Positions 50,767 to 63,430 of a stretch of 64,000 nucleotides of DNA are shown one piece after another. Below the pieces are notes generated by a model. That model was not told the origin of the DNA and searched no databases. It saw only the letters and a program-made list of their open reading frames with translations. This DNA is from Geosiphon pyriformis uo1 (Eukaryota > Fungi > Glomeromycota): assembly GCA_016748015.1 (NCBI GenBank), contig JAAOMT010000028.1, forward strand, positions 1-64,000, in the 5' to 3' direction. Every line of letters begins with the position of its first letter. Position 1 is the first letter of the stretch. The translations under genes were made by a program, and so were the position numbers.

Positions 50767-52150
50767 ATGAACATACAAAAATATCAACAATTGCAATATT
50801 ATCTAAACACTCAACAGTTCAAGGAAAATTTATCTCATACAAAATAAAGGAGTATCAAACAACAATCAAAATATTTTATCACTCACCAAAATATACTTTA
50901 TCGGAAAAATAGAAGGGATTCAGATCAACCAACCAAAGTAATTATGGAGCCAGAAAAAGAGACAATATTATTCAACATACACTCAAATCTAACAGCAGGA
51001 CATTTTTACAAAGAAGCAACCATAGAAAGAACTAGAAAAAGATACTATTGGCCATCAATGTACCCAAAAATCATTCAATATGTTCAAAATTGTAATGCTT
51101 GTCAGTGAAGAGGAGAAACAAGACCCAGTGAACCATTAAGATCAATCAAAGTGAGACAACCATTTGACTGTATGGGAATTGATTTAGTCGGACCATTAAC
51201 AATCACCAGCAGAGGAAACAGATATATAGCAGTAGCTATGGACTATTTCACTAAATGGCCAGAGGCAAAAGCAATTCAAAGAGCAGATGCAAAATCCATT
51301 GCCGAATTTGTTCATCAGAATTTGATTTGTCGACATGGATGTCCAAAAGAATTATTATTAGACCAAGGAATTCATTTTGTGAACAGAACATTAACAGAAT
51401 TGAGCCAAAGATTCGGAATTAAGAAACTATTGTCATCACCATATTATCCACAAATCAATGGATTAGTAGAAAAATTCAACAGAACATTGTGTGAAGCAAT
51501 AGCCAAGCTCAGCCAAGAAAACCAGAACAATTGGGATTTGTTCATACCATTAGTACTATTTGCTTATCGAACAACGAAACAAGATATTACACAAGCAACA
51601 CCATTTGAATTAGTATATGGAAGAATAGCAACATTACCAGTAGAGAGAGAAATTAATACATATCCAGCTGAACCAATAACAGAGAAAAATTTTCAAGAAA
51701 CATTGCTGAGAAAAACATATGACTTAATAGAAACATTGGAAAACAAATTAAGAAGAGCAGCTAATAATATCCAAAAGTCACAAGAAACACAGAAAAAAAG
51801 ACACGATAGTCAACTACCAGACAAACCAGTTGAATTCAAGATCGGAGACAAAGTATTACTACATTGTACCAAAGTGGAAAAACAATGGAGTGGAAAATTT
51901 GACCCCAAATGAAACGGATCATTTCACATAGAAAAAATTCTAGGAAATAGAGCTTACAAATTAAGATTGGATAACAAAAATTTTAATCAAAGCAGCACAT
52001 GGAGATTGACTGAAACCATATTACAACATTACACTACCATCTACCAGTAATATTCTACAATTAGGAGTACAGAGAATACTAGTCCAACCAGATGAGATTC
52101 CACGAGATTGGGAACCAATCATTATTATCGACAACAACACGTTAAATTGA
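50767..52150 (+). pseudogene. E3 ORF2 integrase
   Basis: ATG AAC ATA CAA (MNIQKYQQLQYYL) is in frame with the DDE core ORF 51151-51912. Confidence 0.92.
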
Positions 52151-52174
52151 TCCATCAAAAAAATATATAAAGAC

Positions 52175-52834
52175 ATGATAGACGCGACAAAAAATATCAG
52201 AAAAATGGAAATTACAGACAATATTCATTCACTAGTACAACAACTCTTTCAATTAATCCAACACCAGGAAATGGAGATCACAATCAATCAACAAACCATT
52301 TGATATCAAGATACTAGAAAGACATTTCAACTCAAAACACAGAAGAAAACTGAAAATACTGTGGACAAAATCATGGCAAAAGTAAAATTAGCAATAAAAA
52401 AATTGACAAAAGAGTTACTATATCAAGAGTTGACTAAAGAAACTTGGAATTGGTAGATACAACAATTTCCACGAAACTATTATTATTTTTACTTGGGACA
52501 ACATGTAAATATCCAGAATCTATATATGGATAAAACAAAGTGATTATTCGACCAAGGAGTACTACAACAATTAGAATATTTTGTGGGAAAGAACAACTTA
52601 TCTACACAAGTCTGAGCCATATACTGAATACACACAGCATTTCAAGATAAACCAGAAATATTGCTCAACAGAGCAATGGATCTGGTTACCAGTAATCAAT
52701 TGGGAAAAATCATCAATGCTCAATTTGAAGAATTACAGACCCAAATAACACAAGTAATTTTCGAAAACAAAATCCAGGAAATACTTCAAGAGGAGGAATT
52801 ACATGATTTAGATTTCAACGGAGCTCAATATTAA
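52175..52834 (+). pseudogene. E3 ORF3, unknown 220-codon protein
   Basis: 660 nt from ATG to TAA, the same length as E1 ORF3, ending at the PPT. Confidence 0.8.
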
Positions 52835-52847
52835 AAAAAGAGAATAA

Positions 52848-53738
52848 TGTTACTCATAGAAATATAAGAAATATATTAGCATAATTATTAGCCAATCAGA
52901 AGGAAGCGTAGTAAATGTGGAATTCCAGAATTCCTCTCAAAAATTGCAGGATTCCAGAAATTTCAGGATTCCCAACAAGGAATTGCAGAATTCCAGAATT
53001 CCAGGATTCCTCTTAAAGAAATCACAGGATTCTAGGAATTCCAGGATTTCTGTCGTGAAGAATCAAAGAATTAAGGAATTTCAATTATGTATATATAGCA
53101 GTAGTGTTAGAAACAGAAAAGACAGAATCGATACCACAGAATCCTTAATTTAGAAACACAATCATTAAATAAATAATTATTTCATATCTCAAATCCACTC
53201 CCCACTATTAACCCTTCATGTTGATAGTAATTGATACTTAACCACGCTGGAACAATAGCTCTTGATCACAGCTATTGATGAGATACTAATCTGCAAATTG
53301 CCTTGGCTTATTTCTTTGCTTTCTTTATTTTTCTTTTATTTCTTTTTTCTTTATTTTATTTTGATTTGTTGTTATATATACTAATTGATAAAAGATTAAG
53401 CACTGAGTTATTGACGTCAAGAATAGCCTGGTAAAAGACCCAGAAATACAGGTAGGATTTTATATATTATTGGATAGCTTACCAGAAGGGCACGACTGCC
53501 AGAATAAATCCGGCCGCCAAGCTGAGAAAGAAATTAGGCATAATTGCGACTTCAGGAAAACTACTACTATTACTATTGAATCTCTGTCCATTATATAAAG
53601 AACTCCACAACAAAACCTTCAGATCAACCAAAACCTTCAGATACAGCATCTTCAAAACAGCCTCAACAGAAATAGCTTTTGAGTACCAAGTTACAGATTT
53701 GTTATTTAATTCAACAACAGAAATAATCACCTGTAACA
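52848..53738 (+). repeat. E3 3' LTR (891 bp)
   Basis: Direct repeat of 43547-44436. Confidence 0.95.
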
Positions 53739-53742
53739 ATGT

Positions 53743-54632
53743 CTTTCTCTGATTGATATCTTCTTCCTTATGTTAATAAACATTTTTTGTTGGCAGATGA
53801 TAGTGTTGTTTTCGGTAATTCTAGGCACTTTGTCTGTGATGTTTTTTGTGTTGTTTGTTGTACGTGTTGGGAGGTTGGTTCTGGTTCTGAATTTTTAAAT
53901 AGTGGTTTGTGCTCAAATGTTGATTGACTTTGTTCTTCCAAAGTTTGGCACCCTGATTTGCATATGGCCACTAGTTTCACCAGCAGGTTCACTGCTGACA
54001 CTCGAACTTATCTCATGAAAACTTTGCACTATTGGCTTCCTGTGGCTGTCCAAAAGCACATTTACAATAAATATTACCTTAGTGTTCTGTGTCTATATTG
54101 TGGTGAGGTAGAGGTGTCTAATCATGTGTTTTCTTGTGTAGTTGATGATTCAGCTTGCTATCAGGTCTTGGAATTTTGCATGTCTTCTTGGAAGGTGCTT
54201 TCTGGTCTTTCATTTCCTTTTTTGTGTGTATTGCAGATGCTGTTAACCTGTGCTTTGGACTTTCTGGTTTCATCAGCTTTTTACAAGGGTTTTGTTTTCA
54301 ATGAATGGCTTCGAAAGGCTATTTCTGTCTTCTATAATCCCAAAGTTGCTGGTGTTAAAATTGCTAATTTTGTGTGCTCTATTTGTCTTGCTTTCAGGAA
54401 TAATGTTTGGTTAGTCCATGCTAACCATTACACATTTATGGAAAAGAATAACCTAATCTCAGTAGATGGCTCAATCTTCATCTTGGTTTTTGGTTTGGCT
54501 TTGGAGTTCTCAGCTGGTGTAATTAAATTGCTTGGTATTGCTGAAGCTTTTGGTGTTCATTTTGGCTTTCACAAGTCTTGTTTGTTTTTTTTAGGTATTA
54601 ATAATTCGGTTTCAGTTATTATAAGTGCATAG
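53743..54632 (+). pseudogene. LINE B ORF2 part 4 (C-terminal CCHC Zn finger)
   Basis: CLYCGEVEVSNHVFSC (C-x2-C-x7-H-x3-C); stop at 54630-54632, followed by a ~120-nt 3' UTR and poly(A). Confidence 0.9.
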
Positions 54633-54773
54633 TGTTGTCCTGACTGGCTTGAGTGGCTGGTTACATGTAGAAAACGCATAATTCATGCTTAGTTTAGATT
54701 ATTTCTTTAATGTATAGTTCTAAGTAGTGTTTGAATTTCACTCATTAAATGAATAAAAAAAAATATTAATCAC

Positions 54774-57700
54774 ATAAATTAAATTTTTTATCTAATATTT
54801 TTTGTAAAAATTCTTTTTTTTGCTTTAACAAAATATAATTTAATTAATAATTAATATAAATACAGCATAAAAATGTTTTAAATTAGTTATAATTTACATG
54901 TTTTTTATATGTAATTAGTTATTTAAACCAGTTAAAACTAAATTAAGTCAAATTTACAAAAAAACTTAAAAATATTATTTTTTGCATAATTACAATTAAA
55001 TTATTATTATTATAAACCAAACTAGCTAATTATGTAACAGTTTTATTTGTATTAAATTTAATATTAGAAATTGTAAATTTCTAAAATATTATTTTAACAA
55101 ATTTTTTTTGTTAATAAAAAAATCTAAATTTATTTTAAATAAATTATTTATATTTTATTTTATTTTAAACTTAATAATTTTTTTACTTAAATCTTTAATA
55201 TTTTTTCAATTATAAATAATTTTTTTTTGATTTTAGTATTTAAAAAAAAAACAATTACCAATTTTGTAATTAAAACAATTAAAATATTAATAGATTTAAT
55301 TATATAATTAATTGGTAAAATAAACTTAGCCAAATTAAATTTTAAAAAGTTAATTTAAAACCAATTATAAAATTAATACCAACAATAAAAAAAACTTTCA
55401 AAAAATAAAAGCTTTTATATATAATATTATATTAAAAAAATAACTTGTAAAAATCTTAAAACCAATTATAAATTTTGTTAAAGTTTTAAAAAAAAAATGC
55501 AAAAATATTTTATAATTTAAAACCAAATGGTTTAAATTTTAATATTTAAAACAATATTAATAATTAAAAGTTTTTTATTAAATATATTTTTTTTTAAAGT
55601 ATTAATCTTAATTATAATAGTATTTAAGTTTTTATAAAAATTAAAAATAACAATATCATATTTTTATTATTAAATAAAATTCAAAATTAACAAATATAAT
55701 TACATACTTAAAAAATCAATATAATAATCTTAAAAATAATATACATAAATAAAAATCTTATTTAATTTGATCTTAAATATATTTTTAAAAATAATTTAAT
55801 ATTATTTTTTTTAACAAAATTAATTAGTATTACAAATAAAATAAATAGCTTTTTATAAAAAATTATTATTAAAATCAAATAAAAAAAGTTATTTATCAAA
55901 ATTTATCTAATAATATTACTTAACAACAAAAAAAAAAATTAACAAATAACTTAATTATAATAATATAACTATAATACAGTTTACTTAAAACTTAAGTTAA
56001 ATACCAAAAAATTTTAACAAATTAAAAAACACCAATAAAATTTAACAATAATAAATTTTATTATTTTTAATATTTTTATATAAATATTTAATATTTATAA
56101 TTATGTTTTTAAGTAATTACCAAAAAATATAATTAATTAATTTGTTTTAATTATGTTAATTATAATTATTATTAATATTATTAATATATAATTAAAGCTT
56201 TAAACTTAATTATTTAAATCTAATTATTTAAATTATTAATTTTTGAAAAATAATATATTAAATAAGTTAAATTAATTTAATATATATAAAAATTAATATA
56301 TTTAAAATAATACTAATATAATATATAAATTTAAAATAATTTAATTATATATATATTTTTTTTTAAGTTTAAAAAAAGTATTAATTTTTATTAAACCAAT
56401 TTTTTATTATAATTTTATAATAAATAGTAAAGTTTTTTTTTGTTTTTTATCTTTAATATTTTAATTTTTTTTAATATATATATTGTATTTTTTTTTATAA
56501 AAAATTAACTTTAATTATGTTAATTTTTTTATTATATTAAGTAAAAACTTATTTTAAATTAATATTATCCAAATAAATAAAACTATATAAAAAATATTTT
56601 GGTTTAAAATATCTTAATTAAATATTACAAGTATTATTATTTCTAATTAATGTTTATTTTTTTATAAATTTTAATGATTTTTTTATCTTTGTTTTTTAAA
56701 TTAAATATAGAATTTACAAAAAACTTTGCAATTTTAAAAATAAAAGGAAAAAATAATTTAAAAAACGTAATTTTTATATTAATATTTAAGAAATTTAAAA
56801 TGTAAACTTTATATTAAAAAAAATTAAAGTTGTTTTTAATGGCTAATTTTAAATTAAAAAAATCATATAAAAATTAAATACAGTTTTAATATAAACTATT
56901 TTAATTATTGTAGTTTTATTAAATATTAAAATGAAAACTATTTATTTAAAAATTTGTAAAATTTTTTAAATATTACTAAAAACAACATTCTTTAAAAAAA
57001 AAATTCTTTGGTTTTTATTTAAGTAGCTTGATTTTTAAAATTATATAACTTATTAGTTGATTATTTAAAATTATATATAAAAATACAATTTGTTTAATTT
57101 TTAAAATTACCAAAAATTAACCAAAATTTAATATATTAAACAATTTAACCAAATATTAATTAAAACCAATTTAATAAACATATTACTATTACTATTATTT
57201 AAATAAATAAATAAAATATTATTTATAATCAAATTTAAATTAAATATTATAATTAATATAAATACAATAAAATTAAAAAATTCAAATAAAATTAATCTTC
57301 TATTTTTTACAAAAAAAAAGCAAATTTTAAAAATTAATATTTTAAAAGACAATTATTACTTATATAAAATAAAAATTATTACATAATAAATTTAATTAAA
57401 TATTAAAATTAAAAAGATAATATAATATTAAAATTTTAAAAATATCAAACCATTTTATATTATATATAGTAATAATAGTAAAAAAAAACATTTAATTTAG
57501 CTTAAATTTATTTAAAACTTTATTTACACATTAATTTGCAAATAAATTTTAAAAAAAAAACTTAAAATTACTTATTTTATTTATATTATTTTTAATTATA
57601 CTTATTAATAAAATATTTTTTTTTAATTTATTTGCTTTTAATTTATTTATTTTTATATTTATTTTATTAATTGTTATTGTTTTATTATAAAATTAATTAA

Positions 57701-58580
57701 ATAAAAAATTAAATATTAAAATTATAATATTAAGAAATAAACAATATAAATACAAAAATAATTTATTAAAAAAGTAAAAACATTAAAATAAATTAATTAT
57801 TATACTAAAAATAAATATTAAAAGTTATTAAATTATTAAATTTTTGTTTTTTATACAAAAAACTAAAAAGCCAAAACTTTATTAATATTTTTAATATTAT
57901 TAAGTAGTATTAAAGTATAGAACATAATTTAACAATTTTATTTGTAATATTATTTCAGTAAATATAAAAAAGACAACAAAGAAAAAAAGATAGTTTTGTT
58001 ATTAATTTGTTGTTAAAATTTTTAGAAATTTTTATTATAATAGTAATTACATTAGAATTAGTGTTAATTAATTATTTAAAAAAAGTTTAAATGAAAAAAG
58101 CCTTCTATTTAAACTTAAAAACAATGTTTTAACAACAGTTAAAAACCACTTTAATTTTAAATTATTAAAAAAACAGTTAAAAAAAGTGTTGTTTAATTGT
58201 TTTTATTTTAAAGAAAGCTTTTTAAAACTAATTAAAAATAAGAGTTGTAATTATTTTACTTTTTAGTCTAAGTATGATTATAAAAATAATTTTTTTTTAA
58301 TATTATATATAAAATATTTAGTTATATGTACTAAATATATAAAAATTAAAATTTTTATAATATGTAAATAAAAAACAATTATATTTAAAAAAAAAAGAAA
58401 TAAATTTTTTTGTTAATCAAAATACTATTAAAATACTAAATAATAATAATAATAATAATAACATTTAAAATTATTATTATTATTATTATTATTATTATTT
58501 GTGTTAAATGTTTAAAACAGTTATTTTGTAAAATAATAAAGTGATTTTAATAATAGCAAAAATTATTTTTTATCCAAGAT
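54774..58580. other. Second extremely AT-rich desert
   Basis: Almost no G/C or CpG; no credible ORF; (AAT)n/(ATT)n runs at 58440-58500. Confidence 0.7.
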
Positions 58581-59106
58581 TAAATCATATCATATCATAT
58601 CTTTTTTCTATTTAAACAACAAATTTTATCTTCCTGAACTTTCCGATAGCATTAAGCATAGGATAAAAAGTTGTACCTATTTTGTACTAGTGAACGATCT
58701 TAATTTCCCAATTGGAAATAGCAGCGAATTACATTTCTACTAAATAAATGTTGGCATTTTTACTGCCAAGTTAAAAACCTTTTTTGTTCACAATAAAGAA
58801 TTTTTGATAAGAACTTGGCAAAAGTCTTGGGTATTGATTGAGCGCAAGGACTGAAGGAAATCACAAAAACTTGGCGTTACCAAATAATTTATAAATATGG
58901 AATGAATGAAGGAGAGTTAAAATAAAAAACCATCTTCCTGAAAATAAATTTGAACTTTTAACATTCCAAAAATTCCGTGTGAGATTGTTGTGTAACTTCT
59001 AAAAGTGTAAATATTACGTAGACAAATATCTTTAAATTTCCCCAAGATCAATATTTGGAAAAAAAATATTCAACCTTTTTCTTCGAATTCTTAAGTTTCG
59101 GCCAAC

Positions 59107-61665
59107 ATGAATGTGATACAACTAACTAAAAAGTACCCCCAACTCTCACAGCAAGACATATTTGATCTTATCGCACAATTCAAGTATGGCTTGAAATAAT
59201 ACTCATTCGTTTTATTAGCTTCTTTCACCCGAATTCGAACTGACTGCTTTATGTCTTCTACGGTTTACTTATGAAAATAGTAAAATTGACTTGGATGGCG
59301 ATGGTTCAATTGAACAGAAAGAGGCCGTCAAAGCGCTTCAAGACATGGGTGATAGGCCCTCATATGACGAGGTGCGCGCTACCCTGAAAGAGATTGACTT
59401 AAGTTCCACTGGCAAAGTAGAGTTCGAAGAGTTTGTAGAGGTATTAAAAGAATAATTCCTTATATTTTTCGAATTGAATTTTATTTTAAACGTTTAATTT
59501 GAATTTATAATTTGCCATGATCACAGTTGATTTTGAAAGTCAGAGAAGGACGAAATAAATCGGCTTTTGCTGTAAATAAACATAAAATTACTGTGCATGG
59601 ATCAAGCATGAACGTTTCTCATACAATCAACGAAGATGAACGAACTGAATTCACAAGACACATCAACCAAGCATTAGCTCATGATCCACATCTCGCTGAT
59701 AAACTTCCAATTCCTACAAATACTATGCAAGTGTTTGATGAATGCAAAGGTATTTAATATTACACATTTTGTCTTAAAAATTTGTTTTTTTCAAAAAGGG
59801 ATTGTAAAGAAATAAAGTGAACAATTGCTAACTTTAGTCTATTATCATAATCAGATGGTTTGATACTAGCAAAACTCATCAATGATTCTGTGCCGGACAC
59901 AATTGATGATCGCGTTCTAAATTTACCAATTCGTGGAAAGAAAGTCAACAAATTCCAAATGACCGAAAATAACAATTTAGTCATATTTTCCGCAAAGGGC
60001 ATTGGCTGTAGTGTAGTCAATATTGGATCGCAAGATTTGATTGAGGGCCGAGAGCATCTCATTCTTGGTTTGATTTGGCAAATTATTAAGATTGGATTAT
60101 TGAACAAAATTGATATCAAGCTACACCCAGAGTTGTACCGTCTCTTGGAAGAAGATGAAACACTTCAGCAATTTTTGAAATTGCCTCCTGATCAGATTTT
60201 ATTGCGTTGGTTCAATTACCATTTAAAAGCTGCTAAATGGCCTCGTCGGTATGTTTTCTTTCTATTTATTTCATAATTGATGGCTCAAGAAAGAACAGAC
60301 TAAATTTTTTTCTTTTTTAATAAATTCCCAGTGTTGCGAATTTTAGCAAAGATGTAAGTGATGGGGAAAATTATACGGTTCTTCTTAATCAACTCGCCCC
60401 GGAACTTTGTTCTCGCGATCCTTTACGTGAACAAGATTTATATGAACGTGCTGAAAAGGTAAAATTCTTAATAGATATTCTGAATGAAAATTGTATCATT
60501 TCTTTTAAAGATAAAAATAAATTTTTTTTTCTTAATAGGTCTTGCAAAATGCTGAAAAATTAGGATGTAGAAAATATCTTACACCAAAAGCACTTGTTGG
60601 CGGGAATCCGAAATTGAATTTGGCCTTTGTTGCTCATCTCTTCAACACCCATCCTTGTCTTGAGCCACTTCAAGAAGAAGAAAAGGCCGAGATTGAAGAA
60701 TTTGATGATGGAGACGATCGAGAGGCTAGAGGTAAGCGTTAAAAAGATTCTTGGTCTCTTGGCTGTTGCTTTGTATTGCAAAATATTCCAAAACTTAATC
60801 AATTTCTTTCAAATGATATAATAGTCTTTGCTCTATGGTTAAATAGTTTAGACGTAGATCCAGCCGTTAATAATCTTTATGAAGATGTGCAAGATGGGCT
60901 GATTCTACTTCAAGCATTTGACAAGATACGCCCAGGTATCGTTAACCCGAAAAAAGTCAATAAAAAATTACCACTTTCCCGCTTTAAACAAGTTGAAAAC
61001 ACCAACTATTGTATTCTTCTTGGACAATCACTGGGATTCACCCTTGTCAATATACAAGGAGCTGATATATGCGATGGCACCAAGACATTAATTCTTGGGC
61101 TTGTATGGCAAATGATGCGGGCGAATATCATACAAACTTTGATGAGTCTTTCCAAGGGTGGTCGTGAAATTACTGACCAAGACATGGTCAACTGGGCAAA
61201 TGATGTCGTAAAACGTGGTGGGAAGACAACGCGTATGCGAAGTTTCAAAGATGATTCACTGAAAACTAGTCTCTTCTTTATCGACCTTTTAAATGGCATT
61301 AGACCTGGTGTTGTCGATTATAGTTTAGTAACCAGGGGAGTTTCAGGTAATTTAAATATCATTGATGGATCTTTAATTGATTCTTTAATTTCTTTATTAA
61401 ATTCTAAATAATTTTAATATGCAGAGGAAGATGCTCACCTTAATGCAAGGTATGCCATTTCAATCGCACGAAAGATTGGTGCCACTATCTTCTTGTTGCC
61501 CGAGGATATTGTAGAAGTTCGCCCACGACTGGTAAGTTAAATCCTTGAATCTACAAATTGAAAATCATATAAAGATTTAGATATTAATTTGTTTCTTTTA
61601 TGCATCCATAGATACTTACTTTTGTGGGTAGTTTAATGACCCTTGATCGACAGGGTAGCAAATGA
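59107..61665 (+). CDS. SAC6: Fimbrin/plastin (EF-hand headpiece + 4 calponin-homology domains), ~9 exons
   Basis: [11 protein letters not shown] hand; [14 protein letters not shown]; [14 protein letters not shown]; [11 protein letters not shown]; [11 protein letters not shown]; [14 protein letters not shown]; [26 protein letters not shown]; GT-AG introns. Confidence 0.97.
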
Positions 61666-62789
61666 TAACCTTGTGGTCAAGGTTTGCGGGATAATATGGG
61701 TAAAATACCATTAGGGGACTTGAACATAAATTTTATTAGTTTATTCTCGACTAAGGAATAGGATTAACAATTTTTGGTTTTACACTTGTACCAACTAGAA
61801 AATCTTCACTTTTGAACAATCTTTGTACCGCTCAATTATTTATTAAAACGACTTTTTTAGAGTCACCGGGTTACGAAAAGATGAATAATAAATGAAAAAT
61901 ACTTTATAGTAATAATGTCACTGAACAATTTCGCCTAGTTGGGGGAGTAAAAATGGGTTACTAGAACGGCAGCGAACATAAAGTGAAAATCAGTGAAAAG
62001 ATTAAATCATCCTATTGTCAATAATACCAAGTAAACATTCAGTTACTCGAGAGAACTTGATTGAAATTTGATAAAATTGAATATATAAGGAGAGTATCAA
62101 GATTAGATAATCATGCAGCCAGCTTGAGGTTTCCATTATACCAAAAGTTTGTGGTCATAAAAGGAATTGCCCTTGATGAAAGTCATAATATATATCTAGT
62201 TAAGTCCATTATTGAATTGGTTTCGATTCTTTTACATTAACACAACGCATATATCTCGGTAGAATAAAGATAAAATATCTTATTTCTCATAGCTTTTGAT
62301 AAATACATTTTTTTCTTTTTTTTTGGGAATACACTATTAAAATCCTAGAACAAAGATTCTCAACACGGATTTGGGATTTTCACACGTACTATTAATATGA
62401 TAAGTCTTTCCCTTATTAAAGATTAAATCAAGGAGGGATTTTTACATATAATTTATTCTTCTTGTTATTTATTAACTTATTTTCCATTTCTATTATATCT
62501 GTAAACATTTCACTCAAATCAAAAAAATTTCAAAAACATTATTAATTACGATATTATTTGAAATATTACGTCAAAAATAATATTTAGGACTTTTAATGCA
62601 ACATTGTGCGTCACTCAAAATTACATTGGCCACAATGATTCAGGTTTATCATCATAATCATCATCATCATCATTATCATAATTACTCAATTACCGAATCA
62701 CTTGAAATGACCCACAAATCTCATTTATCCTCAAAACTCTAATAAAAACGATACTCACTTAGATTACTAAATATTTCTTTATTGGTTCG

Positions 62790-63129
62790 GTGTTTGCTTT
62801 CACCTACCCTTGTTGGTGGGTATGAGGCTTACCAATTGGCATACGGAAGCACGCACGCACGCTTAATCCTTTTCGATTATTATTATTGAATATGATTCTT
62901 GTTGTGTGTTTTGTAGTGTATATTTCCAGTCAACGAACCATCGAGTGAAACTTTTTTGTAAACTGCCTCGAGCTCGACTTATCCTCTTGGGGAGAAAGTC
63001 TTGTTCGGTGGTTACAAGAAGGCCACCTTATATTCCATTATCGTTCCGTAATTGTTTCGTCGATTTCGATCGTGAAACTAGGCTACTATGTGGCCGTGAC
63101 GGTTGGGAAAAACCATAAGGTGAACAAAC
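62790..63129 (+). ncRNA. snR30: Probable snR30/U17 box H/ACA snoRNA (18S rRNA processing); 5' end uncertain
   Basis: Basal stem CACCTT (63024-63029)/AAGGTG (63117-63122) directly encloses m1 ATATTCCAT (63030-63038) and m2 AAACCAT (63110-63116). ACA box at 63124-63126; H-box-like ACAAGA at 63014-63019; CpG-rich with many hairpins. Confidence 0.72.
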
Positions 63130-63385
63130 ACCGAAAAGATTAAACTATTAGCTTTTAACTGTATATAATATAATTATTTTTAAGAAAACATTCGTATCCT
63201 TTTTCTTTTTCTTTTTCTTTTTAATCTGGATATCTTGGATTGTTTTAAAAATTTTGTTAACTTTTATTTTTTCTCTTCTCCCTGAATTTTAATGAAAAAT
63301 AATTTTTTCTTTTCTGGTCCTTAAATATTCATTATTCCGATCGAAAGATTTTTCAAGTCACTTGTTAAGAGAACTATTGAGTGTG

Positions 63386-63387
<2 letters not shown>

Positions 63388-63429
<42 letters not shown>
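63388..63429. repeat. (TAA)n microsatellite
   Basis: About 13 perfect TAA units. Confidence 0.9.

Positions 63430-63430
<1 letters not shown>

Larger units (their letters stand above)
43547..53738 (+). mobile_element. Ty3/Gypsy LTR retrotransposon E3 (same subfamily as E1), full length, degenerate
   Basis: LTRs at 43547-44436 and 52848-53738; PBS TGGTGCTTTCTGTG at ~44439; PPT ~52833-52847; decayed 4-bp TSD (GCAT / ATGT). Confidence 0.97.
17786..54761 (+). mobile_element. Full-length LINE copy B (ORF1; ORF2 APE-RT-RNaseH-CCHC), split into 4 pieces by three Gypsy insertions
   Basis: 12-bp TSD AATATTAATCAC at 17774-17785 and 54762-54773; AATAAA/poly(A) at ~54752-54761. Pieces 17786-21570, 31773-33230, 43061-43546 and 53743-54761 rejoin in frame (~6.75 kb). 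Confidence 0.95.

Noticed and set aside
57128-57352. Small ORFs in the AT deserts (also 5598-5780)
   Set aside because: Low-complexity F/I/K/N/L translations expected by chance in >85% AT DNA.
62906-63118. 70-aa ORF
   Set aside because: GTG start, no recognisable motif, and it overlaps the structured snoRNA candidate.
62786-63135. MITE, RNase P/MRP, SRP or telomerase RNA
   Set aside because: No TSD, and CpG-rich unlike local TEs. RNase P/MRP conserved regions are not in the right order, there is no SRP Alu/helix-8 motif, and no CTAACCCT template. The snR30 motifs fit better.
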